Shown here one piece after another: positions 1 to 12,126 of a DNA stretch of 63,450 nt; position 1 is the first letter of the stretch; every line of letters starts with the position of its first letter. Source of the DNA: Phoronis australis. Lineage: Eukaryota; Animalia; Phoronida. Below the pieces are notes generated by a model. The model was not told the origin of the DNA. It made no database searches and was given only the letters and a program-made list of their open reading frames with translations. Where the stretch lies: the NCBI GenBank assembly GCA_002633005.1, contig NMRA01000203.1, positions 3,852 through 67,301 on the forward strand, given 5' to 3'. Position numbers and translations under genes: made by a program.

Positions 1-3000
1 TCTTATTTTCTGGGCAGGAGTAGAGCATGTTGGTGTTGCCTTTGCCTGCCCTGTTGTTGGAACAACCTGACCTCCTGCCAAATGTGCTCTACCAGGGGTA
101 ATCCTCGTCTGAGGTGAAGTCATGTTGACTCCCTGACCTCCAATGAAACTTGGTGAACCGGGAACGATATTTGACCAAGGTAACGTCCCGATACCCGTGT
201 CTGGCACCATATTTGTTGCATCTACACCCATACTGGACTGACGAACCACGGATAGTGAAGCTTGACCTCTCACTGTACCTGATGTACAAGAGACAATTTT
301 GGCTTGTTGAGGAGTGGATCCAATTCCAATGTAAGGTGTATTCCTTTGTTGCGACCGTAGCGCGGCTGAACTTCTGACTGTACGTCGAACTGGCATGCAT
401 TGTCTAGGCAGATTGCCTTCCTCATTTCCAGTTACACACATATTTTGTCCCGTTAACATTATCCCTTGTGACCTAAAGCTAGACTGTCTAAGTATACTAT
501 TCCTAGTTGGAGTGCAGAGCCTATCCGATGTTTGATTAACACATGTTACTGCAGCACTGGATGTTGTACCTTGCGAGATGCCGACAGCAACTGACTGTAG
601 ACCACAAGCGGGTACGTTTAAAGAATATTGCTTTTCACCAGGTTTCACCAGCACCGTCTTGAAGCCTGTCTCCATGGGTTCGCAAAATAGATTCAGATCT
701 AAGTCCAGATCGTCATCATCAGCGTCCAATGAGAATAGGTTATTTGTGCTACAGTTGACGGCACATTTCTTGCCATTTATAGAACTGGTATCATTCTTAT
801 CAGTGCATTCACTGCTCTGTTCTATAGGTGGCCCATTCACTGGCGTTATGGATTGACAAACCGTACCCACACTGCAAACACTAGCACCTGACTGTCCTTT
901 TATTGCACCTGGTTTGACTAGACCATTAGATTGCTTAGGTCCAAGGTCATGCTTCTTATATGCACCTCTTGGCCCACTACAAGCAGAGGTTTCAAGTTGA
1001 AAACTTTTTACAGAAGTCGGACATGATGGATTTGCACCAAAACCATGACTACTTGAACGTTTAGATATTGCACTTTGTTTGACTTGGTTAGAGTAAGCTT
1101 GCTTCAGAGCATGTCCATGACTTTCTCTTACATCTAGTGGTGCGTTGCCAGCAGAGGTCACTGCTGCATCACTGTGGACCTCTACACTTCCTGTCTGCAT
1201 CCTCAAATGTCCCCGATGGTTTTTAGTAGTGGGTAGCCCATTAGCTGCATCGCTTGATGACAAGACCCTCGCTCCTGTAGTCTTGAAGGAAAATTTTCTT
1301 TTTCCAGCAATATGCGGAGATGCAGACTTGGAATCTGTATTTTTGTTACCTGAAAAAGTACACATTACATTTTGTAGAGCAATTTCTTTGATTTGCTTCC
1401 ACCTGTGAATTGAAAGATTAACCATGTAAAAATTTAATGCCATATACTGCGAAACGGAAACACAGCACTGGAAAATATGTAGCAGCTGTGCACCTGCTGA
1501 CTATTCGGAGAATGATGTATGCAACAACAACAAACTGCTAAGTTTGAAAACACCACATACCTTCTACAGAGATTTCATCATCCAAGGATGCCAACAATAG
1601 GTCCTGAAAGTAAAACAACAAACTATGTACTGTAAGTTAGTGTTATTTAGATAGTTTAGTAGATAAAACAAAGGGTTAGAACCAAGTACAAACAGGAAAG
1701 TAATACCAGTACCTGGTAATTGACCTAAAGCCAGGATTCTGAGTGGCAGCTTAATTGACCAATCAGAACGCAGCATTCTTGACACCCCTTCATTTCTAAG
1801 CTGCCATTTTAACCGACAAATATCACTTTGCCGGGTAAAACTTATAGTTTGTTAGCCGACATTACACAATGGGGCGAAGCTTGCGACAGGTCAATTCCTT
1901 TCTGATACAAGTGAAGCATGAGTGTCTTGTGCCGCCGAGCGTACAATATTGTAATTGTCAACATCGTTCGTACTTGACCTTCCGTGGAGTCTTGTGATTT
2001 GTCAGTGTTGTTTGCTTTATATATACTGCTGGCGGGTGGCTGCTGGTAGTCTTTCAGCTGGCAATGTGGCTATTGGGTTTTTTCTTAAGGTCAAGTAGGC
2101 GGGTTAACTTCTAGAAGCTTGGTAAAGTAAATCTGTACTGTTGTGAAAGTGGTATTCTCTCTTTTGTGTGGCATCATGCAGTGCTGCATGTCTGTGTTCG
2201 TCGATTCCTATGTGTGTGTTGTTTTCATGGTGAGCCTGAGTATATTAAGTCTGACACTGGGCACTGGTTTTGAAGGCTGTTTTGAGTGCACATCTGGTGT
2301 GAAGATGTCTCTTTCGCAGTGTCCTGGCTTGAGTCCAGTTATACGTTACCTACGTGAAGTCTGATGGCTATGCGGTAAGCCTATCTCCTGAACTACTTGC
2401 ATGCAGGCCACGTGTACTATATATAGTCCTGTTACCTATTGTCGTCAGGCTCCAAAGGTCGTCCGCCATCTTGTTTCGCGTGCAGCTCAACCACGCGGGA
2501 CTTAGCGTTCCAATTTGGAGTGCTCGTCTGCACGTTAGGTACTAACTTATCGGAAGAGACACGTATCAAAGTAATGAGACAAAAATCGGTGAGTTTACCG
2601 ATTGTTTTTTAAAACCACTTAAAAATCAGTAGATTTTACTAATACACTTTTTTGTGCGTTTTCAGAAGATGTTTTCGAATTTAAATTTTCTTCCGACGGG
2701 ACACAAAACATGATCCAGGGTTTGTTTATGCAATGTATCTGTTTGTCCCAGGCACTAGTAGGATCTAGAAGGCCAAAGGAAAAATCCGCAGACAAATGCG
2801 ATACGCTGGGTTCTTAACATTTTTGCCTCACGTTCACCATTAAACTGCATTGAAATGTTGTCCAATTGGCTTTTATTGGAAACCACAGTGCAGAGCTCAA
2901 CATCAAAGCTTCAAATCGAGTTTATGTCAATAAAAACAGGCTGTTGCAATTTTCATTACTTCGTTGGCCTTTTTCTGCATGTTTCTCAGTTTTTACAAAA

Positions 3001-3577
3001 GGGGGCAGCATATGACGAACTTAGGTGTCACAATAAAATGGCTGCCGAAGGCAGTGCACATTTGAAATAACTCGGCACAAATTAAAGAAAACTTCCGAAT
3101 CGATGAATGCGGTATATCTGTGAGAGTTAAATCGAATCCTATTCAGATCATAACTTTGAAGTGGAATAATTCGGTGAGTACAACAGCAAGTCGGTTTTAT
3201 GCTTAGGCGGACGACCATTGGGTTCCCGAGTATAGTACGAATACAAAAAGAAAACAAACTTCAATAACTGAGTTGTGGCAATCTGAAAAAGAGAGCTACG
3301 TTCAGTTTGAAATTTTTTTGCCCCACTGTTCACTAGTTGCGTTTTGAAGTTCAGTCACACACGGCTATCAGTATCTGCTCTAGGCAACACGTAGCCCCTC
3401 GGTTGGCTGGTTAGGCATCCAGGGCGATGTAATTGCCTATCATCTCACTCAGTCTGCTCCGAGTCTGACATGCTGATCGACTTGCCGCAGTTCCGCTAGT
3501 AATAAACCCTGTGGTTACATCTTCATGCATCAAGTTGTTTAACTCACTTCTTCGTCGATTTCGCCAGCATTAAGCAT
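1..3577 (-). CDS. 5' part of a spliced gene running off the left edge: acidic N-terminus then a long low-complexity/disordered region; tentatively HROB (MCM8IP/C17orf53)-like
   Basis: Exons 3577-3548 (MLNAGEIDEE|gtgagt, in-frame stop upstream of the ATG), 1603-1561 (ttcag|DLLLASLDDEISVEG|gtatgt) and 1349-1 (tttttcag|, phase 1). The last is stop-free for about 449 codons to the window edge, ending ...TCSTPAQKIR. All phases are compatible. The gene structure is well supported; the HROB identity is only a resemblance of the acidic N-terminus and overall architecture. Confidence 0.7.
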
Positions 3578-4890
3578 CTTTTGGTGGGATCATTTGCCCG
3601 TTTGCAGCAAAATACTTCTAAAGGCAGAGACACTGCATCGCCAAACCTCAAATGCAGGAAATCAAAAATTCCGCAAAAGTACACTTCCGCTTGGAGATCA
3701 AAAATGGACATTTCGAATAGTGGTAGAACAGTAATGCTGTCCCGGAGGGGTGGGCTACTGCCGTAAATTATCGTACATGCAGTTGACTAGAGGAAGTTAC
3801 GCATGTATAAAAAACGTGCGCAGATCAATTATTGGATGCATAAAATATTAAACCCTCGACGTTTAGACTTCGCCCGGGCTGATGCATTGAAAAAGGTTGT
3901 CTCTAGACTGAAGTGGTCGCGGATAAATCAGACTTTCTTGAAAAACCAACTCACTTTTGTGGATTTTTTAAAATCTCAATTCACCCGCTTGGGGACGATA
4001 ATGAAGGATTGAGAAGTTTGCTCTGTTGTATAACCATATGTAAACGGATAAGTTTTCAAGACTCGTCATTTTAATTTCAACACCACATGGTTCAACAAAG
4101 TCCCCTCTGAGCTCAAAACACGATTGTCAGTTTTCAAGGAATCTGAGATAAAATCAAAACGTTTCAAAATACGTTTCTAAATAGAGAGCTGCATTTTTTA
4201 ATTCCTGCCAGCTCATCTTGCAAGTCTCACGCTGTACCAATGAGATAAATATTTATGTATATAGCCAGGAAGAGATAACCAGGAAGGGACAAGTGTTTTA
4301 GTGCATTTTAACGTATTTTCAAAGGTGATTTCAAAAGTAAATGTTAAAGTAGTCTGGAATCCAAGCATTGTGTTTGAAAGCTTAACTCTTTAGCTATAAA
4401 ATGACACCACTTTTGTCCCCAAAGACTTCATATTAATGGCACTGGGATGCTTTGAACATGACTTGTTTTACCCTTCCAAAAGATGCCTCTTCCCAGGCAT
4501 GTACTCGGGCATGATCCTCTTTTTTGAACCAACAGATGTCACTAATATATGCAAATGAGGCTCGCATCGTCTACGTCATACGACGTCATACGGCGCGAGC
4601 TTCCAATTTGAACCCTCGAGTGCCTATAGTGAATGACTTGAAACGCAGTTCTATCTGACTGGGCAGATCTAAGAAAATGAAGAACTCATCATGCAAGTCA
4701 ATGTTCAAAGGACATTGAATGGTTTCACATGAAAATACATTTAATTGTATTTGGATACGTTTGCATGTGTGTATGCGTGGACTTCGTCATTTTGCTTAAA
4801 TCCAGATTTAGAAGCAGGTGTTAGTCAAGAAATTAGCTGCTCCCGCCACGGTGGCCGGTGTCGTGGCGTCGCCGGGAAGTCTGATCCATG

Positions 4891-5829
4891 CATGCGCAAT
4901 TCGACGAACTAATGCTAGTCGCTGGTCAGCTCTGCTATGATTCATGCGCAATTCGACGAACTAATGCTAGTCGCTGGTCAGCTCTGCTATGATTCATGCG
5001 CAATTCGACGAACTAATGCTAGTCGCTGGTCAGCTCTGCTATGATTCATGCGCAATTCGACGAACTAATGCTAGTCGCTGGTCAGCTCTGCTATGATTCA
5101 TGCGCAATTCGACGAACTAATGCTAGTCGCTGGTCAGCTCTGCTATGATTCATGCGCAATTCGACGAACTAATGCTAGTCGCTGGTCAGCTCTGCTATGA
5201 TTCATGCGCAATTCGACGAACTAATGCTAGTCGCTGGTCAGCTCTGCTATGATTCATGCGCAATTCGACGAACTAATGCTAGTCGCTGGTCAGCTCTGCT
5301 ATGATTCATGCGCAATTCGACGAACTAATGCTAGTCGCTGGTCAGCTCTGCTATGATTCATGCGCAATTCGACGAACTAATGCTAGTCGCTGGTCAGCTC
5401 TGCTATGATTCATGCGCAATTCGACGAACTAATGCTAGTCGCTGGTCAGCTCTGCTATGATTCATGCGCAATTCGACGAACTAATGCTAGTCGCTGGTCA
5501 GCTCTGCTATGATTCATGCGCAATTCGACGAACTAATGCTAGTCGCTGGTCAGCTCTGCTATGATTCATGCGCAATTCGACGAACTAATGCTAGTCGCTG
5601 GTCAGCTCTGCTATGATTCATGCGCAATTCGACGAACTAATGCTAGTCGCTGGTCAGCTCTGCTATGATTCATGCGCAATTCGACGAACTAATGCTAGTC
5701 GCTGGTCAGCTCTGCTATGATTCATGCGCAATTCGACGAACTAATGCTAGTCGCTGGTCAGCTCTGCTATGATTCATGCGCAATTCGACGAACTAATGCT
5801 AGTCGCTGGTCAGCTCCGCTATGATTCAT
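4891..5829. repeat. 52-bp tandem array, 18 copies
   Basis: Unit CATGCGCAATTCGACGAACTAATGCTAGTCGCTGGTCAGCTCTGCTATGATT. Copies are identical except one T>C in the last copy (5817). No spacers. Confidence 0.97.
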
Positions 5830-7175
5830 TTGAGACGTGCGGCTTAACTCGAACCTATACCCGTGTTCTGGCTCCAAGGTCGTTTTTTGACCCAGTTTCG
5901 GGAAAAGTTCATTTTAATACGGTCATTTCCTGAAGATTTTTTGGAAAGATATGATCCCGAAATCCTTGGCCTATAGAGCTGTATCAAAATTCCTTGTTGA
6001 AACACGGCCACTGGTCCAGCTTCTGCAGGGCGGCTGGGAAAATGAACGCGTGTCCCAAAAATGCACACACTTCAACCCCTCAGTGCAGTTCAAGTTCTTT
6101 CCCCGTCAATCACTGTGCGCGGATTCTACTGCATGACTACACCTTATTTTTAACGTGGGTGCGTCACTGAGTCACAACGTGTCCAGCCTTTGCAGTGTGC
6201 ACGGGAATGGCAAGCAAACGATTCGGTCTAGAAGAACCTAAATTCATTGCACAATACTGGGAACTACAAGCATCAAGGAAGTGCAAAGACAATCTTTCCA
6301 AATTTATGAGCAATGACTTGAACTTCTTTTTTGATCTACGGTTTGTAAATTTTTGAATTTCATTAGTCTAGTTTTTAATTCAATAAAGCATTTAGAGCTG
6401 CCCCACATTCAAGAAATACCCCTGTTATCGTTTAGGGTCCTTCTTTGCGATATGGTGGTCAGATGATGGATCGAATTTTTGCCTTCAGGCTTCAACTAAG
6501 TTCAGTGACGCATCGCCATTTCTTACAAGACAGCTTCTGTGCTGTGCACGAATGTTTTGTGTTTTTGATGAATTTGGAATCTCAACTTCCCCTCATGAGT
6601 AGTTGGTAGTGTCATGCCGGAGGTGTACAGAAGGCGCAGTACTGAAAAAAGTGAGGGCTAAAGCCCCCTCAGCCCCCCTGTAGTGCACCGCCTATGGACC
6701 ACTGGAAAACTTGGACTGAATTAATACGCTCCGAAAAACTTTTGCTTCACAAATTTTCTCGAATTTTCGAAATACATGTATGAATGATTAAGTGCACATT
6801 TTCAAGGGCACTTAGACGACCTATGCTGCAAAAACGGAGACCCAACAATTGTCCTGGCCAGGGCCCTCAAATGGTAAGCCATACACTGAAACCGAGTTGT
6901 CAATGTTCTCTTGAATTTTCGCTCTGATCAGTATTCGAAGTCTTTCTTTTTTGTCTTTCCCCAGCCCCACACCTTTGTCGGTTGCCATGGTTTGACCCTG
7001 AGGCATGCAATTTTTTTGGGGTGGCACTCGCCCTCCCCCCGCTTACTAAGGTCCTGATGCAAGGAGTCCATCGTTGGTCCAAGGTCAATGTTGTGTTTCA
7101 ACACGCATTCGTTGTATAGCTTGAGCATTGAATTAAAGGTTTAAGAAATACAGTATCTCAGTTTTGCGCGTTTAA

Positions 7176-8470
7176 AGGCGAAGGCAACCTTTTTTCATGT
7201 CATTTTAGCAAAAATAAGGTTCGTTGATTATCCCAGACATATTTTTCACTTATTTACTGCTTTTCGTAATTTAATTGATTACTCGTTGTCTACTCCGGAA
7301 GTGACGTTTTGGAAGGCAAGAATTTCGCGCCAATTTCTTTTCATATAGTCTGACTGAGAGCAGTCGAGTCAGTCATTGTTCTACCTCGGTTGTGATAAGT
7401 TCGGTCGTCGTTTGCTTTTGCTTAGGAGTCAGTCAACATGCCACGCTGTTGCTGCGTACTGGGGTGTACTCATTATTGTCTCACGTACAGAGTAAGAACT
7501 GTCCCACTTGCCTGAGTGTCCCGCGACACACTCCCACTGAAGAGTGATCTGAGCACCCAAGTTGCTTGCATCCCGCCGTGTGACTCCCTCGCCACACACC
7601 TGGCACCTTCCAAATAGCTCCAATACAAGTCCACAATAAACTTATCAAACTTAGGCTCACCGATCTGTTCATTGGATGACGAACTGTCCTCTTCACTGGG
7701 TGTCGAACTGGGCCTGTATTCACTCCCACTACTCAACATCGCTGCAGGACTGCTTACAGGCTCTGGGCTCAGAGACAACAGCACAGGGCGAATCACTGCT
7801 AGTTTCCGAAATTGCACGCAATGGGGTACGTTCGGAGGCACGGGTGACAGCAGATGAAGTGCCTCCAGTCAGTGTATATAGTGGCCACAGCTCCCAAGGC
7901 TTCTCGCTTCAAAAACGCAATTCTCGGGGTTGGCGACGGAGCACTGCCGGGAATCGACAGCGACGGTAAGGTACCCTTCTTAAGGCGTTGTTTTGCAGTG
8001 ACCTTCATCAATTCAGCGTGCATATCTGTCATAATCTGACGGCAGAAAATGCTTGCCACACACTCGGTAACCCTCCACTGCTTTGTACGTTGCGTGGACG
8101 GGTAACGCTGCGTTCTTCACATGAACGAGCTAGCCAAGTACGCGAAGTGTGTCATCCTTCGGAAAGCGACGCAAGGTACCCAAAGCGCGTGTGAGACGTG
8201 GCATGTTGACTGACTTGTAAACAAAAGCAAACGACGACCGAACTGATCACAACCGAGGTAGAACAATGACTCACTCGACAGCTCTCACAGTCAGACTATA
8301 ATGAAAAGAAATTGGCGCGAAACTCTTGCCTCCCCAAACGTCACTTCCGGAGTAGATGACGAGAAATTAATCAAATTACGAAAAGTTGCAATTAAGTGAA
8401 AAATGTGTCTGGGATAATCAACGAACCTTATTTGTGCTAAAAGTGACATGAAAAAAGGTTGCTTTCACCT
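7176..8470 (-). mobile_element. Kolobok-type DNA transposon, internally deleted, with degenerate THAP/transposase N-terminus
   Basis: TTAA on both sides (7172-7175, 8471-8474), AGG...CCT ends and about 270 bp imperfect TIRs (7176-7445 / 8197-8470). Frameshifted minus-strand remnants: RRFPKDDTLR, RVCGKHF and RLKKGTLPSL (THAP motifs), then KFIV and ELFGRCQVCG...WECVAGHSGKWDSS (Cys/His cluster typical of Kolobok transposases). Confidence 0.85.
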
Positions 8471-11090
8471 TTAATTGTGCGTGTAAAAGGGTTTATAGAT
8501 TCGTACTGAATTTGTTGCTGCAACTTGTCTCATGGGCCTGTATCCGGCACGTGACCACAAATGTGGACACTAATTCGGCTATTGCGCAAGTCGACTGTAG
8601 CAAGGTGGCCAGTGAAAATGTAAGGCAGTGACAACTCGCATTTCTAGTCTCTTATTATGAAAACCATTGAAGGCAATTACCAGCACCTGCAAACAAGAAT
8701 TTGGAAGTATGGAGAATTTCAACAGGAGTTAGTTGTATACTTAGTCGCGAAGCTACCGACATTCCAGCCACGGTTACTGCCGGTCCTTTGAAGCAATTAT
8801 AGCACATATATACGAATTTTTAAGAATGGCAAGGGTGCGTTTTGTGTTGACGGAAATGTCCATGGCGTCAAGGAATTTGAGGCATTTAATGATGAACAAC
8901 ACCTAGCAAAACTAACTTCCAAGTATGCATACTGTGGCGGAATTAAGAAATACGATTATGGCTGTGCTAACTGTAGCAGAACCACAAAGTGTGCTAAAAT
9001 GGTAGAAAATTAGGCATAACATTTTTGTAGCCTGAGCAGATAAAAGGTTGATTGGCGCAAGAGAAGGCCGATGTCTTCAATGCTCAGAAAAATTTCGGCA
9101 GGCAAGAGACTTGCCAAGAAAACGACACAGTTGAGTCCGGGCATTCTAAAGGAAGAACTGCAGCCAATTCCAATTATTCGGTGCAACTTCTCTCACCCGA
9201 CAGTGTTGTTTCACGATACCGCAACCTCAAACAGCGTCAAAGAAACGAAACGCGGAGGATGAGATATTACAGAGTATTAATATTTATTCTTGGATACAGG
9301 TGTCCACCTCAAAATTAATTTCCCACGGCCATTCTTTATGCCAATAGCAATGTTTTCGTCAACTGAAGAACAGGAATCATAGACATCCCGCACGCTCCGT
9401 CTATGGTTCTGACACTTCAAATTTTTGTCAACACGACATGTAGCCGCATAAAGTTTGATGTTGACCTCATTCTAATCTCTGCAATCCACTGTCAGGGGAC
9501 GAAAACAATTCAAAGTCCGCTCCTCGAAATAGGGCTTGCTTAGCTGGAATTCAGAACTGCGGTCATGAGAGTGTTTTCACCTCCTGATTGCGAAGCGATC
9601 GAGTGGTATCTTCATCAGCGCGTGCTCTCAGTGGGAGGTCACCGCTTTATCCACTCAAGCGCTCGACCAACAACTGACGAGAGTCTCAGAACTCCCACAT
9701 GCAAATTTGATATGCAAATGAGGGAGTACTTGACTACTGCGCCATCTATACATCGACGGAAAAGCTTAAATACCCGTGACTGCGTGTGGGAAGTTGCGAT
9801 TGAGTGCTCTGAAGTCGATATTTTTAAAGTACAATTACACCACTGTTTAAGGTTGCAAAGTGAGTTTTTTGATATCCTTCTATAGAAAAAGCTTTAATCT
9901 CTCTGATAAAATCATCTGTTTCCTTTTAAACGAAACTTAAGTCCTGAAATTAGACCGGGGAAGGAGGCCAAAAACGGCGGTTTAGCTAGTTGTCCCTTCC
10001 TGGTTATCTCTTCCTGCTAAAATGTAATTACTCGGGGAACAGATGTTAGTGCGTACTCTTCAAAGATAAATTACACGCGATGTTCATGGACGGTGCATCA
10101 TAGGGGGTTATTGCGCCGCCCATGGAATCCATCAGCAGTGCAGTACTGAAATAAGTGGTGCACCACTTATCATGTTTCATTGAGCTTCAAACACTATGTA
10201 CCCGCTACAATGTGCACTCATATATAATGCACAAACTTGAAGCAGGGTTTTCTTGCAAGCAGCTGTTCTTATTTTTTCATTGAATTTTAAAGTTAGTAAA
10301 ATACCAGGTGCTAGTGACCAGTCCAAAGATAGAGTGCTCTATATAATTGTTACAGAATCCTCTACAAACTTTTTTGTCGACAGTCTTGTTCTTTTCCAAT
10401 TTACATGATTATTGGACTAAGAACTGTTAGCAGTTCCCTGTTGTCGAATCATCCATGTTTCGACATAAGGTCCTGGGTCGAACATAGAAAGCGGGGGACC
10501 ATTGACCTTGCCAAGGATCGAACTGGAGGTAGTTTCTAATAGGAAACAAGACCGTTCGTCTGTTCAGCTATTCATTTTGCTGAATACTCGTTCGCGGTCT
10601 GCTGTACTGCAAGGAAGAGTCTTAATAATGGGAGGTGCAGCCCTGAAAGAAGTGGGGGCTATAGCCCTCCAGCCCCCGTCGTACCGCCCATAGACTATGG
10701 GCGGCGCAGCACTGTGGTGAACCGCCCATGTTAACGTAGAGGTCCAGTTGACGCAGAGCACTTGGTAGGTTGTCTACTTTACTGAACTGTCTCCTCCATT
10801 TCTACGAACTCACGCATTCCTCTGATTGCCCTAGTGGAAACTAGCCCAAGCCGATAGCAAATTTGCTTGACTTCGTGTTCGCCATGTTTTAATCCCGGAT
10901 CTCATCGGCCACATTTTGGTCCAAGATGCTCAAAATAGAGCAAAATGACTGCTCATCATTGTCAAGTCAACGCCACTCAAAGTTCACAACATATTTTAGA
11001 ATAAATTGTGCAGGACTTATAGTCATGCGCGCTGGAATATTTGGCAACAATGCTGTCGCCAGCATAGCAGTGCATCGATACCGTAAGCTA

Positions 11091-11361
11091 TTGCATCAAG
11101 ACTACGCCTCACTATACCGTCACTTACTTTGCATCAAGACTACGCCCCACTGTACCGTCACTTACTTTGCATCAAGACTACGCCCCACTATACCGTCACT
11201 TACTTTGCATCAAGACTACGCCCCACTATACCGTCACTTACTTTGCATCAAGACTACGCCTCACTATACCGTCACTTACTTTGCATCAAGACTACGCCCC
11301 ACTATACCGTCACTTACTTTGCATCAAGACTACGCCCCACTATACCGTCACTTACTTTGCA
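11091..11361. repeat. 38-bp tandem repeat, 7 copies
   Basis: Unit TTGCATCAAGACTACGCCCCACTATACCGTCACTTACT; it produces three overlapping repetitive ORFs. Confidence 0.95.
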
Positions 11362-11585
11362 CAGGCGATATGTTAAGATGTAAAAAGACGGTTGGCTGCA
11401 CCTACACCCCACCATAATGTAGCTTACGGTGCGTAGGCACTAATTGAGTGAAATTAGTACAGAACGTGATGGGGAGGATTGTAGATTGTAGACCCTCTAT
11501 AGCCAGCCGAGGGGCGAAGTGTTGCCTGGAACACATACACATGTGCCCATACAACAAGTAACAAATTATATTACAATAGTTATTA

Positions 11586-11993
11586 CCAGGGTTTTTGGTA
11601 GATAAGCCCATGTGCGTCTACTCGGAAAATGAAAATTTCCAGGCATTTCAGTATCACCAAATACACGCCTGGGTGTTTATTTGGAAAGGGGGGCATGTAA
11701 ACAGAAAGTCATAGCCTCGGCTGGTGAAAAAATATCAGTGATTCATTACATAAAAGTGTTTTTTATTTTTAAGTTAATAAATACGTAGTTCACCTACACT
11801 TTGTTTATTTTTATAAATGATAAATGCTCCACAAAACTGAATTTGTGGCTAAAAGTTGATGCTAAGTGGGCTTTTATGAAGACATTTTCCAAATAAATGC
11901 TCCACTATCAGGAAATTTTAAACCCCAAGTTGTAACATCAAATAAACGCCCATGGACGCTTCATCGGGTGGGCTTATCTACGGAAAATCCCAG
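11586..11993. mobile_element. MITE, Tc1/mariner-pogo type (TA TSD)
   Basis: TA|CCAGGGTTTTTGGTAGATAAGCCCA ... TGGGCTTATCTACGGAAAATCCCAG|TA imperfect TIRs. A related copy lies in the opposite orientation at 17695-18027. Confidence 0.7.
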
Positions 11994-12126
11994 TATTATT
12001 ATTGGAGAACTCACCTGGAGTACAGACAGTGTCCTCATTAAGTTATTTTCCTTCAAATACTGTTCAATTAGACGTACCACACTGTGAAATTGAAACAATA
12101 TAAAGATTAGACAATTTTCAATTATT

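Larger units (their letters stand above)
4266..10016. mobile_element. About 5.75 kb non-autonomous DNA transposon with 27-bp perfect terminal inverted repeats; superfamily unassigned
   Basis: CAGGAAGAGATAACCAGGAAGGGACAA at 4266-4292 and its exact reverse complement at 9990-10016. It extends to TAG...CTA ends if one indel is allowed. No clean TSD and no recognisable transposase of its own. Confidence 0.7.

Noticed and set aside
1350-1402. Alternative acceptor (ttcacag|G at 1402) for the large exon
   Set aside because: Joined to the phase-1 upstream exon it reaches TAA after 12 codons; the acceptor at 1349 keeps the frame.
4891-5829. CRISPR array
   Set aside because: Units are contiguous and identical with no unique spacers, there are no cas genes, and the context is eukaryotic.
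8480-9400. Transposase remnant of the outer TIR element
   Set aside because: I could find only short ORFs with no recognisable motif; a translated search would be needed.
10926-11417. 163 aa and overlapping repetitive ORFs
   Set aside because: They are products of a 38-bp minisatellite open in several frames.
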